Source of the DNA: Mytilus edulis
Taxonomy: Eukaryota
Length of the DNA stretch: 64,000 nt
NCBI RefSeq assembly: GCF_963676685.1
Contig: NC_092347.1
Coordinates: 86,304,001 to 86,368,000, forward strand
Reading direction: 5' to 3'
A program made the position numbers and the translations under genes. Shown piece by piece: positions 1 to 13,037 of this stretch. Each line of letters starts with the position of its first letter. The first letter of the stretch is position 1. The notes below the pieces were generated by a model, which was not told where the DNA came from, made no database searches, and worked only from the letters and a program-made list of their open reading frames with translations.

Positions 1-240
1 TGTAACAACATCTAATACTGGAACGAAAACATCATGTAACAACATCTAATACTGGAACGAAAACATCATGTAACAACATCTAATACTGGAACGAAAACAT
101 CATGTAACAACATCTAATACTGGAACGAAAACATCATGTAACAACATCAAATACTGGAACGAAAACATAATGTAACAACATCTAAAACTGGAACGAAAAC
201 ATCATGTAACAACATCAAATACTAGAACGAAAACATCATG
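1..240. repeat. 34-bp minisatellite (TGTAACAACATCTAATACTGGAACGAAAACATCA), about 7 copies, truncated by the window edge
   Basis: Unit read directly; it recurs every 34 nt from position 1 and decays into looser copies after about 240. Confidence 0.95.
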
Positions 241-849
241 TAGTGTAAAACGTCAAATTTGGAAACATCATTACGTAATTTTAAAGCCATTTACAAGGAC
301 TTTGCAAATAATCATTACGAAATAACAAAACAGCATCATGTAATGTAACAACTTCATAAATTAAGACACATACACATAACGTAGTGTTAAAACCACATTT
401 CCTAATAACATGACCACATCAAATAATGAAAAATATCAAGAGTACCACACCAGACATGCCATCTCTAGCGTTCCATACTAGTTATCATTAAACCTTATCA
501 ATCGTTTGTTCTGTAAGGATATTTCATATAAGAAATATTTAGTTTCTGCTTTATTTATTTAATAAAAGGCCTATTGATAATTTTTAGCATCCGAGATCCG
601 AATATTTCGTCACCTTGGCATTGTATATAATATCCAACTCCTAAATTGTGCTGTGAATATAAGGTCAAGCTTTGAATTAGAGTGGAAGACTTTTCTATTG
701 TTGAAGATCTATGTTGCTTGTTTCTTGTTTGTTTGCTGTAAAGAGTAGCTGCCATAAAATAAAATACTATCGACACCTCTTGTAGATTGTCATTGTGTAT
801 ATATAAAAAAAAAGAGTATCTGGTCTTTCACGTTGCTCGTTTTTATATA

Positions 850-1052
850 CATATAGATTAGACCGTTGGTTTTCCCGTTTGAATAGTTTTACACTAGTCA
901 TTTTTGGGGGGCCCTTTGTAGCTTGCTGTTCGTTGTGAACAAAGGCTCCGTGTTGAGGACCGTATTTTAACACTATAATGGTTTACTTTTATAAATTGTG
1001 AATTGGATAGATAGAGAGTTGTCTCATTGGCAATCATACCACATCTTCTTAC
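850..1052 (-). mobile_element. Dispersed repeat family 'AAGAAGATGTGGTATGATTGCCAATGAGACAAC', probably a 3'-end fragment of a Penelope-like element
   Basis: Related copies at about 2035-2150(-), 7770-7822(-), 8133-8248(+), 11587-11865(+), 13675-13830(+), 41113-41228(-) and 54575-54720(-). The copy at 11587 shares the motif TGACTTGGGACAGGC with the 3' terminus of the PLE at 32.9-35.8 kb. Confidence 0.75.
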
Positions 1053-1582
1053 ATGTATTAAAATATTGACTCCGAAACCAATGAATACCACACAGACGAG
1101 ACATTGTTTTTTCTTGTAAAATCTCAGATCGATCCAAACTAACTACAATTGCTTGTTTATTCATAATATGCATTCACCTTTTATATGAGACTTTCCAGAC
1201 AATTGTTTTTAATGAATTAAATTTCAAAAGTTCAATGCTACACATCATGAATAATTTGGGGTAGGAATAGAAAATAAACACAGAATTTGTTATGCTTAAG
1301 ATGCATTGTATTCAACTAAAATTGTTAAAAACATGAATGAAATGAAAGTTTATATTGTTCGTCATATTATGTTGGAATTCAAGTTAAGGGTGCCTATTGT
1401 TCTTCTTTGGTATAGTTTGATCTCAGTAAGACCCTGTAAAACAAATAGCAAATCGAATTAATTTTATATATCATAAAACTTCAATTTTAAATAAAAATAT
1501 ATGTTAGACCAGAAAACTAAATTAAAGCCAATTAAAGAGTTAATCACGATATAGTATTTGGCAACTGTTATCTATTCATTAT

Positions 1583-1745
1583 ACCGTATATATAACTATA
1601 GAACCATTTTAAACTAAGACCTAAAAATAGCAAAAGAAACCGTATATACAACTTTAAAACCATCTTAAACTAAGACATAAAACTAGTAAAAGAAACCGTA
1701 TATATAACTATAGAACCATCTTAAATTGAGACTTAAGGCTAGTAA
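1583..1745. repeat. 56-bp tandem repeat, about 3 copies
   Basis: ACCGTATATA...AACCAT(C/T)TTAAA...GAC recurs at 1583, 1639 and 1695. Confidence 0.85.
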
Positions 1746-2191
1746 ATGTTTGAAGTAGAAACATTCATATTTTACGATTATACGCTAGCTGGTATTTCCG
1801 ATAAATCGTTCTATGAATTTCACAGTTAATATTGTAAGAATAACGTTGTTGTTTTTCGTTCGTTTGTTTTCTGTTTTTGTTTAGTAGGTTAATATAATGT
1901 GGTTTTTTTTTAATTGCATTACATATGAATGCATACTGACTGTGCTTATGAAATTCTATCCATCTTATGACGAAAATTTAATCCGTATCATGAAAGAGCA
2001 GTTTTGTTTTAAATTAATCTATTTTCAATATGCTAACAATGCTCATTGTTAAAGGGCGTATGGTGACCTTTCGTTATTAACGTCTATGCCATTTGTTCTC
2101 TTGTGCAGAGTTGCCTCATTTGCAAACATACCACATCTTATTATTTTTATATTTATCACACAGAGATTACGCTAATATGTTATTTTTAGTT

Positions 2192-3154
2192 TTACTTACT
2201 CTTTTTTCCATATTTACCATATTGACCATGCCCTCCGGATCCGCCCGGCCAATATCCGCTTCCTTGACCGTATCCACCGTATCCACTTGATCCACCTGGA
2301 TAATATCCACCGCTACCATATCCTTGTTGGCCGTAACCTCTGTATCCACTGCCCATTCCATAACTACTATATGGATCGTACATACCACCGCCCATTCCAC
2401 CGCCGTACATTCCACCGCCATACATTCCACCGCCGTACATTCCACGGCCCATTCCACCGCCATACATTCCACGGCCCATTCCACCGCCATACATTCCACT
2501 GCCATAGTTGTCATCATCGCCATATATACCTCCACCATAAATTCCGCGACCTCCATAGATACCTCCACCGCCATAAATACCGCGACCGCCATAGATTCCG
2601 CCACCGCCATAAATTCCGCGGCCACCATAGATACCTCCACCATAAATACCACCTCCACCATAAATACCACCCCCGCCAATTCGTCCTACACCTCCAATAC
2701 CACCAATTCCAATCATCCCTCCTCTCCAACCTCCTCCTCTAGATCCTATAATGAAAAATATTCAATAATTTGTCCTTATCCTCATATGTAGGTCCTGGTC
2801 ATATATAAAAAAAAATATATCACAAAATTTCAGTTGTATATAAATTTCGCTTTCACAAAATATGTTCAGTACTATCAACTAAGAACAGATTTTTTTTAAC
2901 ATAAAACTGAAAAATAATTGAGAAACGAGATGTTGACGACAAGAAAATTTAACATTTCAAACAGTAAAAGAAGGGAGAGAACTGAATGTATTTGAATTAA
3001 GAAAAAACAGTAAATCCAGCAATTCTGCGACCATGTAGTTTGGTTAATCCAGTAAAGTGACTTGTTTCGTTATAGGAACAATGTTTGACTCACCCCAGGT
3101 TGTTCCATTGATTAGCACAATGGCTAGAGACAGAATAAGCAGAATACACTTCAT
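2192..3154 (-). CDS. Secreted Gly/Tyr/Met-rich extracellular matrix protein (shematrin-like / shell, periostracum or ligament GRP), 204 aa; complement(join(2192..2745,3094..3154))
   Basis: Exon 1 encodes the signal peptide MKCILLILSLAIVLINGTTW followed by G|gtgagt. The acceptor tcattatag| at 2745 continues in phase 1 into the 2192..2716 ORF (GSRGGGWRGGMIGIGG...). The protein has GGIYGG(R) and GGMYGG/MGRGMY repeats and a basic tail GKYGKKSK. An acceptor just before the ATG implies an upstream non-coding exon. Confidence 0.92.
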
Positions 3155-4098
3155 TTTATCTGAAAAAATAAAATTGCTGAAATCATTAGAAAAAGGTCAA
3201 ATGGTTACTAAAAAAAATTTTTTTTTATCATTAACTGTTCAATTGAAATAAACATTTATACTATTGAAATAATTTAATACACTTTTTATAAACATGAGGA
3301 TAAACCAATCTATAAACCATTAGCTACGAGAAATCAAAGAATGGTTCAATCAGTAATAAAAGTGAAACAAATGGAATGATTATTCGCTTTCAGCAGCCAA
3401 TTTCGTTCAATTTTGTCAAAATAAGCGATGAAACATTGCAAGTGAATAATTCCATCTCATTGAATCCGTTTTCATGTGACATTCAATTTAACCAAGGACG
3501 TATAACTAACATACGTCTAATATACGTCCTTGATTTAACACATAAGCTAGAGATTGGTTACGCATGTTTTAGTCGTGTTCAGTTACTAAAATGAAACAAT
3601 TTCAACATTGAAAGTGACACAAAGGTAAACCATTCGTTGACTGATTCGATTCATAGAAAGAAAAAAAAACATTCTTATACAGGTAAAAACGATGATTAAC
3701 TTATTTTGTTAACCTATAGCATGAAATCAAACAGATATAAAAAAAAAAATCAAATTGCACGAGGTCTATTTATATTTATGTTTATACTTATATCGTTTTA
3801 TTTGACCGTCGGAAGTCTTCTGAGATCATTTCAATAGATAATTAAATGGCGTCTGGACTAAAATACACAGCACGTGTTCTATCTAATAAATGCACTGTTT
3901 ACCGTTTATTTCAGACTTATTGTAATTTGGATACACGTTTTAGAATGTTATAAATCAATTATGAGAACTTTGAGTCTAATCGGTGAACAAGATTATGATA
4001 GCTTATCCCATTTTAATGCAAATTAGAAAACGAATATGTGTATACCTGTTGTTTGAAAAATCTTAGCGCATTTCTGGAATTATCTACACGGCAAACCA

Positions 4099-4312
4099 CT
4101 GTGGTTTCATTATTGTTCGTTGGATACCAATTTTCGTAGCTTTAGTGGGTACAGGTGAACCACGAAATTCAATTCAATGTCAACGAAATACAAATTTTCT
4201 ATTGGCTTGTTTGAAGACTTCGGCAAAACCACGAAAATAAATATCCACGAACATGAAAAGTTTCCTGAATCCACGAAAATTGGTACCCACGAAAATAAAT
4301 TATCCCTAGTAT
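4099..4312. mobile_element. MITE-like element with internal inverted segments (ACCAATTTTCGT / ACGAAAATTGGT)
   Basis: Inverted repeats are visible; a related degenerate copy lies at about 20890-21100. Confidence 0.5.
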
Positions 4313-4796
4313 ATACATATTTTAGAGAATTCCTGTAGCATGAAAATAATAGTAATTCAAATTCAACACGAAATAACTTGAAATGATATCCTTTGGGCGT
4401 CATTCAGTTGAAGTGGGTTGAAATATTTTGCCTCCCAGAATTCGTTTAGGAACGTTGGTGGCCCATAGTGGATTAATTGAAAGGGTATATTACAAAGAGA
4501 CGAATGGTAAGGACGAAATCATCATGTTAATATGATCACAAAGACATGTGTGTGAGTATTGAAATGATGAATTGAAAACTCCAACACGAGCTTAATCAAA
4601 TCACTTACTTCTTTTTGAGTTCATGTGATTCTCTGAGTTTTTTAGCTTTTTTTTTTATATATTAAAAATATCTATGAGATAAATTACTGTGTGGCTTACA
4701 TGGAATATACTTAATACTAGTAATTTGTCCCTTCAATAGACTATACCTAATACTAGTACATAATAGTCTTATATATTGAAAATAGATTGTACTTAC

Positions 4797-4872
4797 ATGT
4801 ACTGGCAAGCTATTGACCAATTCTGGAATGGAAGATTACTGTTTCGAAACCGGAAAACATTGTCTTTATATA
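4797..4872 (-). promoter_or_regulatory. Likely TATA promoter and non-coding first exon of the Gly-rich gene
   Basis: On the minus strand: TATATAAAG at 4872-4864, an Inr-like CAGT about 31 nt downstream (4841-4838), then donor |GTAAGT at 4796. This fits the acceptor just before the ATG at 3154. Confidence 0.6.
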
Positions 4873-7800
4873 GCATGGTATACAGTTGGTGTTTGCTGTC
4901 AAATTTGACACAAGCCATACTCGTGTCCAATTGATGTGTTTTTGGAAGTAAACTGTCATGTTAAGACAAGCTTGTACTACGACTTTTTGCAAAACCTATG
5001 GATGAATAGTTCAAATTATGAACAAACAAAAGATCGATAGAATTATTTTTTTGAATGGATAACTAGTAAGATCAATTAGATGGATGACACTGCTATAAAC
5101 AAGATAATTTTAACATACCAAAATTTTACAATGACTAACAGTAAACTACCTTTCAAATTCATTATCATAAATTTTATTTTAATGCGTTTTAAAATAGAAC
5201 GCAAATCTTAATAAAAGTCTTTGTAAAGCAATTAAAAATTAAAAGCATGTATGTGAATGCGGATTTACAGATACACAAAAGCAAAAGATATCTTCATTAA
5301 ATTATTTTACAGTAGTAAATATAAATTATGACAACTCAATGTAGCAATAACTTAAAGATGAACAAAATATATATAAGAACAAAAACACAATCGTCAATTA
5401 TTTATTATATATCTAAAAAATCATATGAAAACAAGATGAAATTTTAAATTGGATATAACTGTAGAATGGCCTTAGACTTCATATATCTAATAGTATTTAT
5501 TTCATGAAATTTTTTGGAAATTTTACCGGCTTTAAGAAAAATTTGAAATAAGGACCATTACGAGACACACGCCCAGTTTAGACTTCATAATCCTCAAAAA
5601 TATATTACGCTCTAGATTTTTTTATGGATATACTTTTAAAGAATATGAGACCACCTTTTTTATATACATATTCGAGGAGGGGAGGTTGGACAAAACATTT
5701 TTAACTATGCCTAGGTCCGCTTTGATATTTTGCTCTGTAAAAATTATAATTCCTACATTTTACACAATGTTTTCCTACAGAATAATTCTGTACATCCTCT
5801 CTTTGGCAAAATTTTCCGTTTTCATATTTGACTAGGCAAGTATAATTATTTCTAGAATTCTCAAAATCTGAGAGGAGAAACTACGTCGAATCAAAATGGA
5901 ACGTTAAATCCGACGCTGAAAGAGACAACACAGTTCACAAAAGGTCCATTGCAAAACTTCAATTGAGGAGACAGTGGATGATTTGTTGCAACGCAAACTT
6001 TCTGTCCCTGTCCAATATACCCCTTTTCAAAGCAACAATCAAAGTAGTCTGGAAGGCTCTGACGCCTTAGGCATTTTTTTAATGAAATTTGGGACCTAGA
6101 AAGTCATAAAAATAGGCCTTCCGAGTAATTTTAGACATTAATCCAAGTTACCCGGGTCGACCGATTTTAAACCTAAGGATTCATTGTTGTTGTTTTGTGG
6201 CTGTATAAAATGTTTGCCACTGAACGTTAACAACAATTAACTCAATGTATTAGCATTGTCATAGATAATTCTTGTGTAAACTGCGAAGAAAGATGACAAG
6301 GATATCCTGCCACCACATCAGAATGAACAAATTTACAAGAAAACAAAATAAAAATATTCATGTTGAAAAGCATACAATGCCATATATGGTAAAGATTCTT
6401 TGAATATTTCATATAATTCTTATATTGAGTTTAAGAGAAGAAGCAGACAGTAAACCTATAGCCATTCAGATGAGATCAAATATAAGTTGAAAGTGCATTT
6501 ATATAATAAACAAGTTGTAAAAGCTTCATTAGATTATATGAAGAAATTCAGGGTACATGTAGTTGCAAATGATAGAGGGACAGGAAGGACGGATGACGGA
6601 AAAACGGACAAACGATCTGGCCCCAATTAAGTGATCTCGATCACCATATACATTTGTACCACCCACTTAATTAAGTATAGTGTAATAAGAATACAGGTAC
6701 ATTCCGGCGTGTCCTTTGACATTCTTTTCGAATATTTGGAAATCAGAGACTTTTGTCGCGTTTTTTTGTTTTTCTTGAAGAGGTAAATAACCGAACAAAA
6801 TTTTAGTAATTAATCATTTTAACGCCGTTTTTTACTTGTTAATCAGGAAATGTCATTAACTACAATTTATATGTTGCTCATTGCGGGCGGCTGACAAGTT
6901 CAATTATCATGTCAAGTATAATTTGTTTAATAGTGATACTTAGTAGTAAAAGTGACCTCATAGCTATTTATATAGACCAGGTGAAGGTAACTGCGCTTTT
7001 GTCTTTTGTTTACATGTACAATGTATGTTTTACTCTTTTCATTAACGCTAAATTGATGATATAAAGGGGAAAATACGCAATTTCCTAAGTCCATCTAATC
7101 GGTTATCAATAACTTACTCAACATTCACAACGCATATCCGTTTGCAAATTATTAAATGATTCGAAAATATAACGTAGTGTCATGATCAACCATGGATACT
7201 AGGGGACAGGACCATTCATTATAGCTCTCTCCTTTTTTTCAAAAATCCTTGTTTTCATTTCAATTATTTTTGCGTTTTCCTGTAATATGTTTACACAAAT
7301 AATCTGAAAATGACATTTATTAACAAATTAGTATCCATTCCCAGCATTCACTGATAACATCTCTATATTAAACATTTGACGGATTTAAGTCAAAAAAGAA
7401 GAGGGCTAAAATTATTGGTCATTGGTTAAAGTACCTATGGGATCAACCGATTGTGCCCGAAGTTCGCCAATGACAGTCTTTTAAAAATTATTTTCCTTTA
7501 ACAATATTCTGCAAACACATGATCTTGTGCGATATGTGATGCTCAGACTTTCAAATAGATATATCTACCCGCACAAGGAAACTTTTGGCATTATTCAGTT
7601 GAAATGTAGACATGATATAAATACATTAATGAATAACAACTAACATATAATAAGCAAATCTAAAAGGGCAGCTAACACACACATACACATAAAAAGAAAG
7701 AACAGAAATGGATAGGCTGGTATATGGCCAGTACTTGTTGACAATAAACGAATGTTAACAGCCTTGTCTTGTGGTCTTTGGTAGATATTTGTACCATTGA

Positions 7801-10108
7801 CAATCAAACCACATCTTTTTATTTCTTCACAATGTATACGTTTGCATCTGATCATACATCTTTTGTTGGGGACATGGATTATCTGTCTCGGCTCTAATAA
7901 CATGTAATAATAGTCAGGAACAAGGAAATATGTATGCTGTATGTAACTTAACTACTAGTACTTCGTATTATTTCCCCCTAATTTTCCACATAACACAAAA
8001 GTTGAATGGTCTGTACCTTAGCTTTCAAACTCTACATCACCCAATTTTTGATAAATATATGAAAGCGACCTTTTTGCCAATGAGATAAAACCCAAAACAA
8101 TACAAAATCCATAAGAATTCAATTATATATAGATATAAGAAGATGTGGTATGAGTGCCAATGAGACAACTCCCCATCCAAGTCGCAATTTTTGAATTTAA
8201 AGTAAACCAATACAGGTCAAAGTACGGTCTTCAACACGGAGCCTTGGCCATAAGAGTTAGTGTTTTGATTTTTGCCTTTTAACCAGAAAACTATCATGTT
8301 AGATTGTCAAAAAACACCCCCCAAAAAAAACGGTCAATAATACACGATCTACAATTTTTCGAAATAGCCGGCCAATTTTACTGCAAAAATTTTATATTGA
8401 TTTAGGAGTTACAGACCTTAAAACAATTTTAGGCAAATTAAAGCGTATTTGTCTTTGAATTTGCTTTGAAACTATTATTACATGAAAGGAACCTTAAAAT
8501 CAGCAACTATTATCATCAATACAATATCTTTAAACGTCAATGAACAAATTTGTAAATATTATTGTTCTGGGTTTCTTATTACTTCTATTTTTTATTCTAT
8601 TATTTCTATTGTCAATTTTTCGTTTTTTGTTTTTTAAGTTTTGTTTGTTTGGTTTTTTTTTTTTGCATCGAAAGAAATTGTGAGGGTAAGGAAATGGATT
8701 TATTTCGTAAATGAAAGTCCCCATTTTAGAGTTCAAGTTTGCGTACTAGTTATTATTGTTTTGTTATATGAACTGCTTTATGATTCCCATGCACTCTGTA
8801 ACTCTCATTCAAATCTATATTACTCTAAGATCTCGTGTACATGTATACGATATATTAATAAATAATTTGATTTTGGATGTGACACGTCTTTTTATTAAAA
8901 AGTATAAGCTCATAGACAGAATTGTTTCATGTGTCCGTAACGTCATCAACTTTTTTCAGAACTAAATTTGTATGGAAGATGAAATATACATGCATCTGAT
9001 ACAGTGCTTTTGTGCGGACACCTTTTCCTTATACATGTGTGTGTTGTCCGACTCCTCTCTTTTTTGTCTGTTGGTTTTTGTCCGACACTTCAATTTTTAT
9101 TTTTGACCGACACTTATTTTTTTGTGTTGGTTTATCATTTATTTTGGAAAGGAAATTACTTATACATATAACTTGAGAGCAATCAATGTTAATCATATTC
9201 ACAATCAGGATACTAGTAATTTTAGTTTATAGTATTCCCATGAATGTGCACCCTGCTAACCGGATTGTTCTTGTTCTCACACGACACAAATTTAATACAA
9301 TATCTTTATAAAAACAAGAGAAGAAAAAAAAACTACACAATTCTTTTAAGATGTATTTACATGTCGCTATATCAATCAGCAGTCCAGCAGTTAAAGCATG
9401 ACGACGGTTTCAAAACTACTTGTCATTGTGGTGGTCGTTTCATCCAATAGGATATAATCACTCCCGAAGTAATAAAATAAAATGGAAATGGGAATATGTC
9501 AAAGACACAACAACCCGACCAAAGAGCAAATAAAAGTTGAAGGCCACCAATGGGCAGCGAGAAAATCCCGCACCCGAAGGAAGTAATCAGAAGCTAAGCA
9601 TAGAAGTGAGGAACCAAATATTGTTTATATGGTAATTTACATGATTCCAAATGAAGTGAAAACTGTTAAAATAAAATTCAATCGAAATACTAGGGAGTTT
9701 CTTCCTCAGGCATAAATGACATTAGTCTGCCTATATACTTCAAGTTTCCAGCGGCAGTTCTTCCGCGCACTTAATCCCTATCTACCTTTCAGAACCTTCC
9801 TTATGTATTACTTTTTAATTTGTTATCGAACTGAATATATATGAAATATTTGCCGCTTGGTGTTAAGCAAGCGAAAATCAATCAATGAAAATTACCGTTA
9901 AATACTTTAAATAACTGATAATGGAAAACAAAGCGATCAAAACACAACAACTTGTACATCACAAATCATCACAAACAATACATCGTGGTTAACATGATTT
10001 ATCAATACATAAAGTTACAAGAAGACACTTTGCTATGAAAAAAACACACATAAAGACAAATCGTACTACATTTAAATGTTAAAATGTTAAAACGTATATA
10101 AACTGTTT

Positions 10109-11125
10109 TCATTGGGATTCTCGACAACGGAACATTGCAGTAAACTCCTTCCTAAACTTTGTTCCGCTCAATATGTATAACACAAAGCTAATAGCATTGT
10201 TTGAGTACATAAGAATGTTGACAATGGCCCACATCATGTTGAAAAACGCGCTATCTCTTCCCTTTAATGTATCCCTCAAATGTTCATATTGTATCAAATA
10301 TATACTTATTGGTATGTTGCAAACGAGAAACACTGAGTTCAAAGTAAACAGAGTAATACTCATTGATGCTAGTTTCGAAGACTGCGTGACACTAGATGGC
10401 GTTGTTACTGGTGAAATACGGCGATGGATCGCACGCTTATGCTGAACCACTTTTATAATGATAAACAAATTTCCAGTAAATAAAATACAAAATGGAAAAA
10501 GAAAAAACACAATTAAATAAATCCAGGGCCATGTTGATGTGAAAAACTTCTTGTAGCTTTTTGACATGTAAGTACATTTGGTAATTGATTCCGTGCCGTT
10601 AATGATTTCTACATAGTCCCCGATTCCATAAACAATATGACTGTTTATTGCTAAAAGACAGCATGCTATAGCTACTAAACTTACAACAGCAGTGTGTCGT
10701 GAACATTTGTATTTACCAGAAACTGGATACCAAACAGCACATAACCTCTCTATGGTGACGGCCACTTGAATCCATGCTGAAAAATCCAACGAAAAATACA
10801 GAATCCAAGTGTGAATCTTACAAAATGTATTTCCAATGTGGCGGATATCAATGTCGAATGTCATAAACATCCATTGTCTCAATAATCCAGTATACAGTAC
10901 CAGAAGATCGGAAACCGCTAAAGCAACGAAATATATGGTACATACAGACTTTTTGAGGTTCTTTCTACGCAATACTATAATTGAGAGAATATTTCCAGTA
11001 GTTCCGAATAGAAGAAGTAATGGTGGTATATATTTCCACAGTTTCATACCGATTACATATTCAGTGTATAGAGTTATATCGTGAAAAACAAACATAGAAT
11101 AATCGAAAGATTCGGTCGTTGTCAT
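10109..11125 (-). CDS. Intronless rhodopsin-class peptide GPCR, FMRFamide-receptor-like / GPR139-142-type lophotrochozoan expansion, 338 aa
   Basis: Seven hydrophobic segments. TM1 GTTGN, TM2 LAVSD, TM3 C...ERLCAVWYP (DRY variant), ECL2 Cys, TM5 FLFPF, TM6 FLVCNIP, TM7 NNAISFVLY, helix 8 GTKFRKEF. Confidence 0.93.
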   Translation of the reverse strand: MTTTESFDYSMFVFHDITLYTEYVIGMKLWKYIPPLLLLFGTTGNILSIIVLRRKNLKKSVCTIYFVALAVSDLLVLYTGLLRQWMFMTFDIDIRHIGNTFCKIHTWILYFSLDFSAWIQVAVTIERLCAVWYPVSGKYKCSRHTAVVSLVAIACCLLAINSHIVYGIGDYVEIINGTESITKCTYMSKSYKKFFTSTWPWIYLIVFFLFPFCILFTGNLFIIIKVVQHKRAIHRRISPVTTPSSVTQSSKLASMSITLFTLNSVFLVCNIPISIYLIQYEHLRDTLKGRDSAFFNMMWAIVNILMYSNNAISFVLYILSGTKFRKEFTAMFRCRESQ

Positions 11126-12827
11126 TTTTATTTTTCAAATGTCTTATTCTTGTTATTTTACTTTTTTTTTATATCAGCTTAATGACGTACTTGATAGTAC
11201 CGTGTGACTAATGAGACTATTGAAACAATGTAGTTTTGATGACCAAACGACTTTTACAATTGCAATTTATGGTAAAATTGTAATTAAAGGTGTGTTTGAA
11301 CTTGATTGGACCTTATCATTATCGACAATACAGTAAAATGGCGCAACTATTTGCATTCAACTGTTTAATAACCAAAAAATCAACATAATAATACTTTACC
11401 TAAAATGGTGATGAAAGCTGTAATCATTATTCGATTTACTCTTCAATTCATTGACAATAAAAATTACTCGTTATAAATTGTCAAAACCCTTGTATTTAGA
11501 AATATTCATCACAAGTGGATGCAAGCAGTATATATTATGAAAGTTTATTACAATTCCGACAGAAAGACAACTTAATTTAATATAAAAATAAGGACATGTG
11601 GTATAATAACCAATGAGGCAACTATCCACCAAAGCTCAAGTGAAGGGGTGTAATCAATGATGGGTAACCGCGCAGCCTTCAATGTTGAGCAAAAGACGAG
11701 ACCATATAGTCGGCTAAAAAGGGACGACAGAAAAATATGAAACATTTGAAAAGAAAAAAAATAACGGCCCAATGTATAGTAAAACAATTTACGATAAACA
11801 AATATGACAGAAATGAATCAACGACAACTTCTAATCTACAAGTCTTCTGACTTGGGACAGGCACGTATACATGCTTAAATTTTAAGTCAAAGTAAAAAAA
11901 AAAAAATTCATTGGATTAATTGATGTTCTTTTTAATTTTGCTGTTTACTTTGCTTAAAATTTCAAAATAAAAGTTGATTTCATATTTTCAAACGAAGGAG
12001 TTACATGGTTATTAATATCGAGAGCGAGCCAGTTTGGGGTTACTAGTCTTAACATCATTTGAAAAATCTGTAAAGAATATCTGGGACTATTGGTATACAA
12101 CGTTTCTGTTTCTTTTAAACTCATATTGACTATGTTTAATCAATTTTCCTCGATTGACTTTCGTGAATGTAGAGCCTAAAGATATAAGACGATGTGGTAT
12201 GAGTGCCAAAATGAGTACTTGTACAGAAAGACTATCGACTTACCGTAGCCTCATTTCACTTAAATAAATGATACAGCAGTACTCAAGTCTCAAACATCAC
12301 TTATTATAAAAACCTTTTTAAATATCATCCAGAAGAAATAGGGAGTGTTAACTAGTTTACCGTTGCCCGTATGTCCGTTCCGTGACATTTCCGTCGCATT
12401 TTCCTTAAAAACTAAATATCAGAGTTTGCTAACATTTTGTATCAATCAACATGTGAGCATGCTTTACCGTGTGATGCGTTTTCATATCCATCGAATAATA
12501 ACTTGCTTTTACCAATATCTATATTATTATTAGTAAGTAAAAGCTTGAAGTATATATTGTGCATTAGGGGAAAATGCAGATTAATGAGGCGACACCGTGA
12601 TATTTCATTCTTTTATATGAGGAACAACAAAAGTAAATTGTTAGAAAATAATGAGTTATTTCATGTGTATACAGTTAACTTTAAAACACTAACAAAGTTT
12701 ATCCTTGGCACAGCTCATATTTGAACGATTTCAAAATCACTTTTCAGCCTGCATGGAATCAACTGATCTTGTGGTTTTCTTTTCGTCGCAAAGTTCTGTT
12801 TCTTCTGATATCCTGCCATGTCGAATT

Positions 12828-13037
12828 TCAGTTGTAAGCGATACTACATAGTTGTCTTATATCAGAGCTACAGAAGCAGCAGTTCTCCATACTTTCTCCA
12901 TAGAACTGCCCACATGCGCCACAAATTGTAGCATGCTTAACTAAATCAAGCATTGGTATTTCTAGAGGATCACATGGGTTACAAATGTGTCGTGGAACTG
13001 CAAAGTGGAAAACTGCAAACAATATTAAGATGTACAT
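12828..13037 (-). CDS. Small secreted 8-Cys peptide (CxxC-x16-CxxC-x10-CC-x-C-x7-C), family not recognised
   Basis: Hydrophobic N-terminus MYILILFAVFHFAV, an even number of Cys, and coding-like composition in an AT-rich background. A cag directly precedes the ATG, so an upstream exon is possible. Confidence 0.7.
   Translation of the reverse strand: MYILILFAVFHFAVPRHICNPCDPLEIPMLDLVKHATICGACGQFYGESMENCCFCSSDIRQLCSIAYN

Noticed and set aside
2167-2791. His/Arg-rich, Ser/Thr/Ala-rich, Trp-rich and MAVE-repeat ORFs
   Set aside because: Antisense or off-frame shadows of the Gly-rich exon. Only the Gly frame joins a signal-peptide exon.
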